Shown piece after piece: positions 11,664 through 24,289 of a stretch of 64,000 bases of DNA. Numbering within the stretch: the first letter of the stretch is position 1; each line of letters opens with the position of its first letter. The position numbers were made by a program, and so were the translations under genes. Under the pieces are notes generated by a model. The model was not told the DNA's origin. It saw only the letters and a list, made by a program, of their open reading frames with translations, and did not search any database. This DNA is from Octopus bimaculoides. Lineage: Eukaryota. The DNA is taken from the NCBI RefSeq assembly GCF_001194135.2, contig NC_068989.1:48733139-48797138 (forward strand), written 5' to 3'.

Positions 11664-11686
11664 ATTATTATTATTATCATTATTAT

Positions 11687-11900
11687 AAGTGGCAAACTGG
11701 TAGAATCATTAACACACCAGGTAAAATGCTAAGCAGCATTTCATCTGTCCTTATGTTATGAGTTCAAATTCCACCAAGGTTGACTTTGCCTTTCATCGTT
11801 TCGGAGTCAATGAAATAAGTACCAGTTATGTACAGGTGTCAATGCAATTGACTAATTCCCTCTCCACAAAATTTCAGGCCTTGTGCCTTTAGTAGAAAAG
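11687..11900 (+). mobile_element. Family B SINE
   Basis: Full length, with (ATT)n on both flanks. Confidence 0.85.
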
Positions 11901-13584
11901 ATTATTATTATCATTATTATTTATGATTTCTGTATGACAAGGATTTAGGCCCACTTTGTATGTTATTTATATAAATATGATATATCTGGTAATATATATA
12001 TTATATTCATGTATTAATTTCATTCATTAGACTATGACCATGTTTAGGCACAACCTACAAGAGTTTGGAGTTATGGTTAGGATTAAAAAATCTTATATTG
12101 TAATAAAATAATAATAATAATAATAGAAATATCATTAGTAATAAGAAATTAGTTAAACTAAGCATTTTTCATGACAACATAACCCTGTATTATAATCATT
12201 ATATTCATAATTTTGAAAAATATTCCCTGTTGGTAACACTGAAAAGAGACAAATTCTATTTTTCAAGATAAATATACAAACTGTAAGTTTTGAAAATAAC
12301 ATTGGGAGGGATCACCACAAAACTCTGATAGTCTTTGCTATCTCTATCGAGTGTATAAATGTGTTTATGTGTGTGTGTGTGTGTGTGTGCCTTGCATTTG
12401 TGCATGAATGTAAGCTAATGCACATATGAAGTTTTAAATCTCCTCAGTTCTAGGATGAATATGTTGGCTTAAATATCATAATACATAGAATTCTTAACAA
12501 TACAGATTAGAAAAGTTTAACAGAAATATTATTTATTCCTTCCATGACACTTCTTAACAATAATAACAACAATAAAAAAAAAACAATAATAATATTATTT
12601 TGATGACAAGAATGATCCATTATTTTCAATAACAATAACAACAACAGACTGCAAAATAATAGCTGCTGCCCACCACTAAAACACAAATACCATTACTATA
12701 CCAACAGCATCATCACCATTACATCTTATCACCACTATTATTTATCATTGCAACTACAGCTAGCTACCTCAACTATGACTTTTTCATGTCTTTATCAAAG
12801 ATTTACAAATGACAACAATGAAATAATCACACAAAGGAACACAATATACAGCAACATTTTAGTAACCAATAACAACAACAATGATAATGATAACAAACTG
12901 TACAATGAAAAGAAAAGAAAATAATTGTAGAAGATAAACTCATAAAGAAGCAAATACACTTTTATTTTGACATTGCAATATTAACAATTCACTAATCCTT
13001 CAGGGAGCACATGACTCTGGCAAAGAAATAGAAAAAAAAAAGGGTCAAAATACTACATTCAGAAAAATCAGACATTTGTAAAGGAAACAATACTAAAGAA
13101 AGTAAAAATAAATAAATAAAACATGAGATATGAACCACGAAATAGTCAAACATGTAACCTATATGAAAAAGGACAACAACAATGAAACCCACAATCATAT
13201 ACCACTCTAACACTATACATGAATTATATTCACAGCACATGCACATATACACACATGAAAATTTGCACATATTCATATGCTTCTAATAAAAATCAACTCA
13301 CATATTAAACAATGGATTTCTAAGGCAAACACGCACAGACAAATACATGCACAATACACCTTGTACAAAGCCATAAAATTTATTATTGCAGAAGAAATTG
13401 TGAAAATTCTAAAGTTAGCTGAGGTATAGTACCTTGTTTAATACCAATGATTTCTGGGTTCAAATTATGCCAAGATCAATGCTGCATTTCATTTTTAGAA
13501 GCTCAAATGAAATCTTCTATTTTCTCCTCAATGTAAAAATGTTAAAACAGTAAAGGGTGCAGATCCCTTTATGAGACTGTACTT

Positions 13585-13845
13585 AGAAAGTTCCCCTCTG
13601 AGGCACAAGTCTGGGCAAGGCAGTTTATGGAAGGCCAGCAGTCACCCATACATACCAGCCTCCCCTCACCACACCACTGATGTTATCCAAGGGAAAGGCA
13701 AAGGCTGATACAGCTTGGCAACAGTAACATCACCACTCATTTCTATAGCTGAGTGAACTGGAGCAACATGAAATAAAGTGTCTTGGTCAAGAACACAGTC
13801 TGGGAATTGAACTCACTACCTCATGATTCTGAGCCCAACACCTTC
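13585..13845 (-). mobile_element. tRNA-derived SINE with family C head/core and a different 3' tail
   Basis: Shares agctgagtgaactggagcaacatgaaataaagtgtcttg.tcaagaacaca with 42748-42912, but continues into an unrelated tail (tccaagggaaaggcaaaggctgatac). Confidence 0.65.
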
Positions 13846-14010
13846 ACTGAGTAGTAAATAATACTCATTTATCAGATTAATTTCATTGTAATATTTAACC
13901 TCCATTTTCTTCCTTCATAGTTTAAGTCAATTTTTTTTCTACAAGTTGGATTTGAAGGGGTAGTACATATGGCCTTTACAAGCCCTCCAAAATCATTGAG
14001 ATTGATATCA

Positions 14011-14236
14011 TTAATCCTTTTAATACCAACCTGTAGGAGACCACTCTTATGTCTGTGGTATAAATATTGTTTTAAAGTGATCTAAGTTAAAGCTTCCATC
14101 AAAATTTTACATTAACTTATGTTCCAAACACCAGTTTAATAATGAAAGTTGTTTTCTTAAATACTTCATTATTTTCAAAATTAATTCAATCAACAACAGT
14201 ATATTTCAACAGAAATATAGTAATAAAAAGGCTGAT
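14011..14236. mobile_element. Degenerate TTAA-type MITE
   Basis: Left ttaatccttttaatacc, right tagtaataaaaaggctga. Internal similarity to 50275-50470 (ttattttcaaaat.aatt...atttcaa.agaaatat.gta). Confidence 0.5.
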
Positions 14237-14269
14237 CAGTTTAACTTGTTGCAAATTAACACCTGCAGG

Positions 14270-14570
14270 AAAGACATGAGCAAAGAGAAGATTTCTGAAG
14301 GAAAAAAAGGACAGGACTTAGTGTGGGGCCTGGGAGAGGTAGATACAACAAAGGTGGTAGGAGAATGATGGATGAGTGGATCAAGAATACCTGAGTAGAG
14401 GAGGTACAAGAGCAGCCAACTCCAAGAAACTGAGGAAATTACAGTAACGGTAAAAAAAAGGTAGAGAGAGGAAACAGCACATGCACATCAGTTGATTGGC
14501 CCTTCACTAGATGTGGTCCAAGATGTTCATGTGCATAGCAGCAGCACTGTCTCAGATGTAAGAACAATGT
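14270..14570 (-). mobile_element. Decayed CR1/Jockey-group LINE 3' fragment
   Basis: Minus translation YI*DSAAAMHMNILDHI**RANQLM...SLPFFYRYCNFLSFLELAALVPPLLR resembles the HIW....LLDRVQ.RA...LFYRY....ELA.LVPP motif. Confidence 0.55.
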
Positions 14571-15690
14571 TCTTTATTCTTTCAAGATGAATAAGCACAA
14601 GTATAATAGCAATGTTGATTCTATAGAATGCATCAAAAACTCGTCAACTTTTGAAGTGTTGTACAGTTTGAGTGGTATAGTTCATTGAGGGAAATTCTAC
14701 ATGATCACTTAATCTGCCAAAAATAGCAGCTAAATCTCTCTCAAATACAAGTCCTAACATCTTGAAATAAGGATACATTAGATAACGTAGTTTTAGATGC
14801 ACCTTAGTTGATAAAAGATAGGATGGGAACAAATTGAACATTATTGATCACAGGTGTGTTCAATTAGGGTTGATATGAAGCTAATAGACAACAACAACAA
14901 CAATTACAAACCATCATAATTCAAATTATTATGGCAACTGTTGAAATATGTGTTGGGAAAATCTCATTGGACTAAGACAATAACCTGGTTATTGTAGAAT
15001 TTAAGAACAGCAAACATTCTCGAATTTTCCAAGAGTTGGAAATCAATACCATGTATCTATACATGAAATATATATGTTTTGCAGAAATCATATACATTTC
15101 GCAACCCAAATGAAGCATATTAAATATAAATCCACATGCTATTTACAGAAAGTCAGAAATACTTCTTCAAAGTAAGTAAGAATTTGTAAATGTCAAAGCT
15201 CTAGGCAATAAACCATTTACACAGTGACTGATTTCCACACATTAAACTTGGTGTGATCACAGTATCATAACAATGATAACAATAATGATGATGATGACGA
15301 TCTAATTATTAACTGAGCTATCACAATTATTACTGATGGAGAAAAAAAAAAAAAGAAAGAAAGAAAACTTGGAGAGACCACTTTCCTCAAAGAAGAAAAA
15401 AATGTCACAAAATTATAACTATCTGGCTATCGAACTACATAGCAAGAAACGTATCTATCATTTGTGTGGTTGGTAATTGAAGCAAGTGGAAAGTATATAC
15501 AATTATTTCTTTAGACACACTTCATCAGAAGCAAATTACCATTGACAATAGATATGGTGGGGGTTCATGGTCTATCATTATGTTCCTCTCTTTAGAGTAT
15601 TTTTCACTAAGTAGTCAATCAATCATTAATAAACACCTGCATATAAATTCTAATGTCTAATTCTTTGTAGTAGTAGTAGTAGTAGTAGTA

Positions 15691-15900
15691 ATGATTTCAA
15701 GTTTTGGCACAAGTCCAACAAGTTCAGGGGAGGGAGTAAGTCAAATACATCAACCCCAGTGTTCAACTGGTATTTATATTATTGACTCCGTAAAGATGAA
15801 AGGCAAAGTCAATTTCAGCAGAATTTGAACTTAGAACATAAAGAGGGACAAACTACAGCTAAGCATTTTTCTGGTATGGTAACAATTCTTCCAGCTTGCT
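15691..15900 (-). mobile_element. Family B SINE
   Basis: Reverse Nin-like domain, bounded by (GTA)n and (TAA)n. Confidence 0.8.
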
Positions 15901-15936
15901 ATTTTGATAATAATAATAATATTAATAATAATAATA

Positions 15937-16780
15937 ACTGAAAGAATATACACTTTCCTTGAACAGAACTCTATCCTTTCACAAGCTCAAAAAGGTTGTA
16001 AAAGGAAGTTTTATGGATGCAAAGATCAATTACTCATAAATAAAATGATTGTAGAAAATTGCTAGAGCAAAAAGAACATAAGTATGGCATGGATAGACTA
16101 CAGGAAAGCTTTTAATAGTGTCCCACATAATTGGCTGCTAAGGGCCCTTGAGATATATAAGATCTCTCCTGTCATCTCCTAATTCTTACAAGGTAGCATA
16201 GCCAAGTGGAAGACACGTCTCCTTCTACACCCAAGTAATGGGATGAGCTAATGTAACAACATCAACATCAAACAAGGCATCTTTTAAGGTGACTCCCTCT
16301 CCTCATTACTCTTTTGAATGGCACTGGTCCCACTCTCAAATGAACTGAGTAACATCAGGTATGGGTTCAAAGTGTATAATATTATAGCAAACCATCTGTT
16401 TTATATGGACGATCTGAAGCTGTTTGCAACAAATGATGAAGAGCCAGTAGGGTTGTTAACAACTGTTAAAGAGTTCAGCAATGACATTGGGTTGGATTTT
16501 GGCCTTGATAAGTGTTCAAAAGTAACTTTTGTAAGAGGCAAGCTTAAGCAAACAGCTTCCATTAAATTAGATAGTGACACTACCATCAAGGCACTTGACC
16601 CACAAGAAAGCTATAAATATCTGGGGATAAACGAGGGAGAAGGTATGCAATATGCTACTAAAAAGGAAAAAATAAGAAAGGAGTATTACAAGAGAGTAAG
16701 ACTCCTACTAAAAACTGAATTCAACTCCCAAAATCACACTGAAGCCATTAACATCCGGGCACTTCCAGCAGTCCAATATA
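15937..16780 (+). pseudogene. Reverse transcriptase fragment of an R4/Dong-like (restriction-like endonuclease clade) non-LTR retrotransposon
   Basis: QKGCKRKFYGCKDQLLINK...AWIDYRKAFNSVPHNWL...NHLFYMDDLKLFA...DIGLDFGLDKCS...SYKYLGI...EYYKRVRLLLKTEFNSQN. Contains internal stops. These motifs are characteristic of R4/Dong RTs. Confidence 0.8.
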
Positions 16781-16910
16781 TTGGAGCTCTGTAAGAGCTC
16801 CAATGCCTCGAGTGCACATGGTTCTACCAGCTCACCACTTTACAAATATTACAAGTAATTTTTCTCAGAATATACCAACCTTATTGTTTCTAATAAAGGT
16901 ACAAAGCAAA

Positions 16911-17127
16911 GGGGCAAGCTGGCAGAATTGTTAGCATGCTGGGCAAAATGTTTCAAGGTATTTCGTCCATCTTCATGTTTTGAGTTGAGTTCAAATTTTG
17001 GTGAGGTAAACTTTGCCTTTCATCCTTTTGGAGTCAACAAACTAAGTACCATCTGAATACTGGAGTCAATGTAATTGACTTACCCACTTCCCTTGAAGTT
17101 GCTGGCCTAGTACAAAAATTTGAAATC
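16911..17127 (+). mobile_element. Family B SINE
   Basis: Full-length copy. Confidence 0.85.
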
Positions 17128-17258
17128 AGTATAGGTACAAAGCCACAGATTTGTGGGATGCATAAGTTGATTAAATCAACCAGATGTGTTAGACAAATAC
17201 CACATGACATTTCCCTCAAAGCTAATGATTCTGTCAATCTACTGTCATAATAATAATA

Positions 17259-17470
17259 GTTTCAAATTTTGCCACAAGGGCAGCAATTCTGGGAGAGGGG
17301 ATAAGTTAATTTCATCAACCTCAGTGTTCAACTGGTACTTATTTTATCAACCCTGAAAAGATGACAAGCAAAGTCGACCTTGATGAAATTTGAACTCAGA
17401 ATGTAAGGATGGACAAAATGCCACTAAACATTTTGCTCAGTGTGCTAACGATTCTGCCAGCTCACCACCT
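17259..17470 (-). mobile_element. Family B SINE
   Basis: Full-length copy with (AAT)n on both sides. Confidence 0.85.
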
Positions 17471-17488
17471 AATAATAATAATAATAAT

Positions 17489-17702
17489 GGTTTCAAATTT
17501 TGCCACAAGGGCAGCAATTTTGGAGGAATGGATGAATCGATTACATTGACCCCCAGTATTCAACTGGTACTTATTTTATCGACCCCGAAAGGATGAAAGG
17601 CAAAGTCAACCTCGGCAGAATTTGAACTCAGACTGTAGCAATGGACAAAATACTGCTAAGCATTTCACCCAGTGCGCTAACAATTCTGCCAGCTCGCCAC
17701 CT
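17489..17702 (-). mobile_element. Family B SINE, young copy
   Basis: Full length, retains CpGs (cgaccccgaaaggatgaaaggcaaagtcaacctcggcag). Joined to the previous copy by (AAT)6. Confidence 0.9.
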
Positions 17703-18269
17703 AATAATAACAGTAGTAATAATAACTGTTTCTAACAGGCATAAGGCCAATAATTTGGGCAGGGAGGGTTTGTCAGTTATATCAACCCTTACTTGATTAT
17801 TTCTTATTTTACTGACTCTGCAGAGATTAAAAGCAAGGTAGCAGGATTGGTTAAGCACTCGGCAATTCCTAGTGGTATGTAGTTATGATTTTTGTTCTAA
17901 GTTCCTATCACATTGGTGTCCATGATACCCTTTCACCATTCTGGCATTGCATTTAAATTACTGGGGTTGATTTAATCCATGGTACCTTCCTGCAAAATGT
18001 GAGGTTCTATGTCATTGTTACAAAGCAATACTGGTCCTTATGTGATTTAAGAGCACTGCTAACACAGTGGTACATGATAGTGACTTATAAAAAACATTTA
18101 ATATACATTATGGTTGCATAACAAAATATCGTGCTCCTACAAGTCATTAATAATGGTTAAAGGAAATTGATCTACAGATGGAGTTCCCTATAAGCCAGGC
18201 TTCATAATTTATATGGTTAATTCTACAAGGAGAAAAGAAAAAACATGATTATCACATCTTGTTCAAGAT

Positions 18270-18530
18270 ATGATAATCTATTTTCCCATGGGTTGGATGG
18301 GTCTTCTCTGCCACAGAGTCTTCCCATGTGTTGCAGTCCTCAGTCATCTCTGTTGTATGGTTCTGCCCCCTGATATGTTTTGATCACTTCTTTGGTCTTC
18401 TTTTTACACAGCTTCCTTCGATTTGGATTGCCTGGTGCTTCTTTATCTTATTGTCTTTCCCCATTTACTTTACAATTTGCACCAAACTGTCTGCTCTCTT
18501 GCACACTAAATCTAATTCCCTTTATACTCA
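18270..18530 (-). mobile_element. Decayed RTE LINE ORF 3' end
   Basis: Minus translation ...KKHQAIQIEGSCVKRRPKK...TTEMTEDCNTWEDSVAEKTHPTHGK parallels the end of the 33.8-34.1 kb RTE ORF. Confidence 0.55.
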
Positions 18531-18709
18531 TTTAAATCAATAATAAAAATATGGATAATTGTATTCCTGCGAATTAGGATTTTATTTAATGCTAGATTGT
18601 CTCTATGCAGTTTAGTCTTCCTAATTCTACACTGCAGAAGATACACTTCATAATTCTATAGCCTGTAAAATTTATGCTTTATTATTTTACTTACTGCAAA
18701 TGATCATTT

Positions 18710-19085
18710 TCCTATGCTACACCCACCAAAGGATTTTCTTTAATGCGACTCTCAATAACATAGGTTTTTTATTTGTTCACCCACCAAGATACTCTAACAT
18801 TACTCCCACCAAAATATATTTAATGTCATTCCCACCAAAATCCTCTTCCTAATGCTATTCTCACCAAGGACTCTTCATGCTGTTACTCTCACCATCATAC
18901 TTCTAAAGCTACTGCCACCAACATTACTACTGCTTCCTAACATTACTCCCACCAAGATACTCTTCCTAGTGTTACTGTCACCAATATACTCTTCCTAGTG
19001 TTACTGTCACCAATATACTCTTCCTAATATTACTCTCACCAAAGTATTCTTCTTAACACTACACCCACCAAGATAATCTTCTTAA
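18710..19085. repeat. Degenerate minisatellite, about 29-bp unit (tactcccaccaagatactcttcctaatgt), about 12 copies
   Basis: Near-exact 29-bp period at 18971-19028 (gttactgtcaccaatatactcttccta twice). The ccacca core recurs throughout. Confidence 0.75.
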
Positions 19086-21113
19086 TAATAAAAACAAAAA
19101 CAAAACTCTTGTTAGAGCATGTTACAATTTCGTTTGTCATGAAGACTAGAAAATCAGCAAGTCAATGCCTACGCACCTCTAAATGTCTGCCTTTTTATTT
19201 TCATTTATATTTGAATTGAGAAACTTTAAAATATACTGTCTTTGCAAGGAATATCAAATATGATAGAATTGATAGATTAAAATGCATTAACACACATTTC
19301 ACTATCATTTTTTTTATGCAGCAGGCATCACTAGGTATTTTCATTCTTTTAAGTTACGTTGCCACTCAGTGGTTATTCACTAAAATCCTATTTATATTTT
19401 CTGAATCATCCTAGGCCTGGTGGTAATGGTAAGACTATATTTTGTTGACAAGGTTTAATAAGACTAAAACAGAACTGGAGTTGTCACTGTATTGTCAAAG
19501 ATCAGATACACTTCATATTGCATTCCATTTTTAATTAATTTAAATTTTGAACTTGTATTCCTTACCTTTCTTGATCCAAATTAATCATTAAGATCATAAT
19601 TTTTATTCCACAACACTTGTGTAAATTTCTGGATTCTTTATATTATGTATTTTAGTGCCCACATTATCAACTGATGATGTGGTGGGTCATATCTTATTAA
19701 TAGCTCTGTCTTATGTATATGTCCTAGATATGTAGCATTCTATGGGACAGCCAAGTAGCTCTAAGTAAGTTACCACCAGGTAGTACAATTTACCTTTGTG
19801 AGTAATGATAGTGCAAATATACAAAGTAAGTCTCCTTGGCTGTCAATGTTTGAATCAACTCAAGTGAGATAGTTGCTTGCAGTAAACTAGTGTTCTTACC
19901 CAAGGGTCTCTTACAAAAACTAACATTAATAGCTGATTCAATGAAGCATTGTAGTTTATGAAAGGATTAAAATTTAACTGTATAACTCACAAATTACAGA
20001 TGAAGTATAATATCCCCAAAGGAAATCAGACCCCACTCCCCAACCTGGTCCCTGAACTAACCACTATGCTCACTATTCTCTCTACAGAACATCAACTTTC
20101 TGGGACCTTCTCTCTGGTCATGTCTTTCTAGCAAGACTTGGCTTGCAATAGTTTGAATGCAACATTAGTGACATCCAGCTAACCTATCTAGGAGGGCTTG
20201 TGAAGGTCAAGAGCACTGTCCCTTCCTTTAGACTCAACAAATAAAAATAAGAAATCTAAGGTCATTACTAACACACATTGCTTGCACTTCTTCATACTAA
20301 TACCCCAATATATCATCTCTAGTACCAGTATATCAACCATGAGTCTCTTTAATTAAATACTAATCTACATTGATGTTAGTATCTTCAATTCAGTATAGCT
20401 TAGCACCTTCATAACATTCCAGTTAGTAGACTAATCATTTGTGCATGAATAATAGCATGGTAATGAATCATAATACTCAATATCTATAATATACAACAGT
20501 AATTCAAATTCTCTAACAATAATTATTCTAATCAATTACTGTAGTTATATTAGCACATAAAGCCCTGAACCTTATAAAACTATTTCCTTACAACCAAATC
20601 ACAAACCAAACTCAACTTTAAAAAGTTTTTTAACTAAAGTGTGAATCACTCATTTTGCTACATAATGCAAGTTTACTCACCTTTGCATTGATTAGCTTCA
20701 CATATAACAAAAGAACTGCAACTCATGCACTATGTACAAGTGCTGCCACTACTAACATGATCATAAAGGAATTAACTGATAGATTGATAAACTACCCTCA
20801 GTTCCACTGTAGCCTAAATGCTGGTTGATTATTGTTCATCACCAATGACATTTCTATTGAGGAATTTAACCTTTATTTGATCATTCTTCTTGTATCATTT
20901 TTCAGCCTGCCTCCAGGGGAATATTGTTTTAGGGGAAATTCCAATCATGAACATTGAAGAATATAAAGACTAACATATTTTTAAAAGTTAAATGGAATTT
21001 CAGTGAAATGTCAGCGTATGATATATTCCTATATGAATATAGCAGCGTGTGTTTCTAAATACGTGCCTTAGATATGTAAACTCCCTCCCCCCTATAAGTG
21101 TGTATGTATGTAT

Positions 21114-21384
21114 NNNNNNNNNNNNNNNNNNNNNNNNNNNNNNNNNNNNNNNNNNNNNNNNNNNNNNNNNNNNNNNNNNNNNNNNNNNNNNNNNNNNNNN
21201 NNNNNNNNNNNNNNNNNNNNNNNNNNNNNNNNNNNNNNNNNNNNNNNNNNNNNNNNNNNNNNNNNNNNNNNNNNNNNNNNNNNNNNNNNNNNNNNNNNNN
21301 NNNNNNNNNNNNNNNNNNNNNNNNNNNNNNNNNNNNNNNNNNNNNNNNNNNNNNNNNNNNNNNNNNNNNNNNNNNNNNNNNNNN
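21114..21384. other. Assembly gap (N) flanked by (TA)n/(TATG)n
   Basis: Run of N. Confidence 1.
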
Positions 21385-21433
<49 letters not shown>

Positions 21434-22615
21434 GTTTTATATTCCATGTAAATAGATGCTTTAAAACTATTTATGTGTTTCTGCCTTTCCTCTCTCTCTC
21501 TCTCTATATATATGTATTTGTAAACAGTGTTGCATTTTAAAATGTATTATGAGAAAGTTAAGGATATATATTTGTATACCTGTTTATACATTGCCAGAAC
21601 TGATTAAATTAATACCAATTTCTTAACAAGAAATTCTGTGAAAACATCTGTGGAGCATATATATTTTGATATATGTCTGTACATTTGTTATATGGATATG
21701 TATTTATGTTCTTATACAAACATGTCAGTCAGTAGGACTATGTAAGTTTGTAAATGGATGTGTGAGTTTGTATATGGATGTGCATGTGTATGTATGCATA
21801 TACAGACACATACACTCTGTGTGTATGCAATATTGTGTAAGATTACAGATGTGCAGTTAGAAGTGTATATGCAGTAATCTTTAAGGTATTTGTAAATAGG
21901 TAAATAAATATGTTATGTAATTGTATATGGTTGTATATGTAAGTGAACTAAAATTTTGTTTCTGTCAATTCTCTGGAGACACGGCGGCTAAGGTAGTGAG
22001 TTAAAATCCATTGTAAGAGTTTCACAGAATTTCTAGGGAAGAAATTGATATTAATTTACACAGTTCTGGGAATATATAGCAAGCTGTCTGAAGAAAGCTT
22101 TTTTTTTTTTTTTAGTGAGACTAGCTTGACAAATTATAAATACAGAAAAAACATAATCTAACTGAATATCCTAAACATATACAGCAACAGTGACCAAGCA
22201 GTAGGTCAGAGGTTGCATACAGCCCTTGAAGATACTATATTTGACTTCTAAGATTATATAGGGCTCAGTTGTATTTTTTCTAAAACAATATATAGTCAAG
22301 AGGCAGAGATGAAACACTTTACGATGATATTGAAAGCAAGCCTGGGAAACCAATGAAACCAAAACTATGAATTCTTTTCTGATTAATGCCATTATAATAA
22401 ATGTCCTGCATTTGCACCTTTTGCTTTAGATGCTGCTTCAATAGTAACAGAATTTATCAAGCTACAGCAGAATGTGGGTTTGAAGTTATTACATTAAAGC
22501 CCATTTCTTAAAAAAAAAAAAGGGGGAAGGGGGTACTTCTGGCACTTATTTTGTGAATCTACCTTCTCTGTAATGAAATTTGTCAAATCAAAATAATCCA
22601 CTATCCTCAGTAATA

Positions 22616-22657
<42 letters not shown>

Positions 22658-22658
<1 letters not shown>

Positions 22659-22965
22659 CCTGACTGGCTCCTGTGCCAGTGGCATGTAAAAAGCACCATC
22701 CGAACATGACTGATGCCAGTACCCACTGACTGGCCCCCATGCTAGTGACACATAAAAAAGCACTATCTGAATGTGACTGGTGGCACATAAAAAGCACCCA
22801 CTACACTCTTGGAGTGGTTAGCAGTAGGAAGGGCATCCAGCTGTAGAAACATTGTCAGATCAGATTGGAGCCCAGTGCAGCCGCTGGCTCTCCAGGCCTC
22901 AGTCAAACCGTCCTACCCATGCCAACATGGAAAACAGATGTTAAACAATGATGATGATGATGATG
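22658..22965 (+). mobile_element. RTE 3' UTR fragment or RTE-tail SINE with about 2.5 subrepeats and (GAT)n tail
   Basis: taaaaagcacccactacactc..ggagtggtt...ggaagggcatccagctgtagaaac...catggaaaacagatgttaaac(aatg)atgatgatg, homologous to the reverse complement of 33375-33720. Confidence 0.8.
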
Positions 22966-24233
22966 CATATATATTTCAACCACATAACAACACATTTACC
23001 TTTCTTTGGACTATCTGCTCTTTCCTCTTTTTCCTCCTCTCTGAACTATTCCTACTTTTCCAATAAAGAACCACGCTTGAAACATTATTTCCACTCCTAG
23101 TTTTCCATCTAAAACTTTCACAGAGCATCAATTTAATATATTCACTATGTATGTCTAATTGACTTCTGTTGTTTTTACCCGTTTATCTTTCTGTCTGTCT
23201 GTTTATCTATCTGTATACTGTTATATTTGGGGATGGTCATTTTTGTTTCTTTTTTGCCAATAAACCACAGACACTCTATACTTCTTCACTTCTGCTTTAT
23301 CATTATTCGTATCCTAGTATCCTTTGTCTGAAATCTTTCATCATACATCTTGTGACCGCTGTAGCAATTTCTCACTCCAACATGTCTCCTCTTGTTCTGT
23401 TTAGCTCATTGACTTTCTGTAGTGTGTCACAGAAAGAGGTCACGAGATGTGTGATGAAAGATTTCGGACAAAGGACACTAAAATAAGAATAATAATAAAG
23501 CTGAAATGAAGACCAAGTATATAGTGCATGTGGTTAATTGGTGAAAATATGACCATCCCCAAGAATAACAATATCTGTTTCAACTTGATTTCACATCAGG
23601 AGTCTTGCAAAACAAATACATAAATATGTATATGAACATACACACACACACACACATATGTATGTAGGTGTAGGTATTGTGGTGTGGTTAAGAAGTTTGC
23701 TTTGAAACACATGATTAGGGTTTCAGTCCCACTGCATGGTCACTTTTGGCTGGTGTCCTCTACTGTAATTGTGGGATAACTGTGGCTATAATAGAGGAGT
23801 GCATGAACAACCAATGAAATAGTTCATCAGGAAACTCCCCTCCTCTTTTCCCCCTAACATCAATAGAACAGAAAAGACATGTTTACATTCTTATGTAATC
23901 CATAGTGAGGCTTTATGGTATTTAAATTTATTTCTGTTCCTTTGATTTACACTCTGTTGAGCATAATTAGATGTTATTCAATTAATGCTAAACTTTCAGA
24001 AGCCCAAATACACAAATTAGGTTATCCATTATGACTATAAACAGTTGATTGTTGTTACTAAGGGTAAGGAAGCTGGGGACATCTCTGCTGTGAAGTGGTT
24101 GACAAACTATGAAATAGTCAGCCAGAAAACTCAACTCCTTCCTTCTTTTTCAACACATTAATAGAGTAGAAAGAATATGCTTACATTCTTATTTAAGCCA
24201 TAATGAGGTTTCACAATATTTAAATTTATTTGA

Positions 24234-24289
<56 letters not shown>

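Noticed and set aside
20670-20910. Minus-strand exon ending in AAG|GTGAGT
   Set aside because: No convincing acceptor and all frames are closed.
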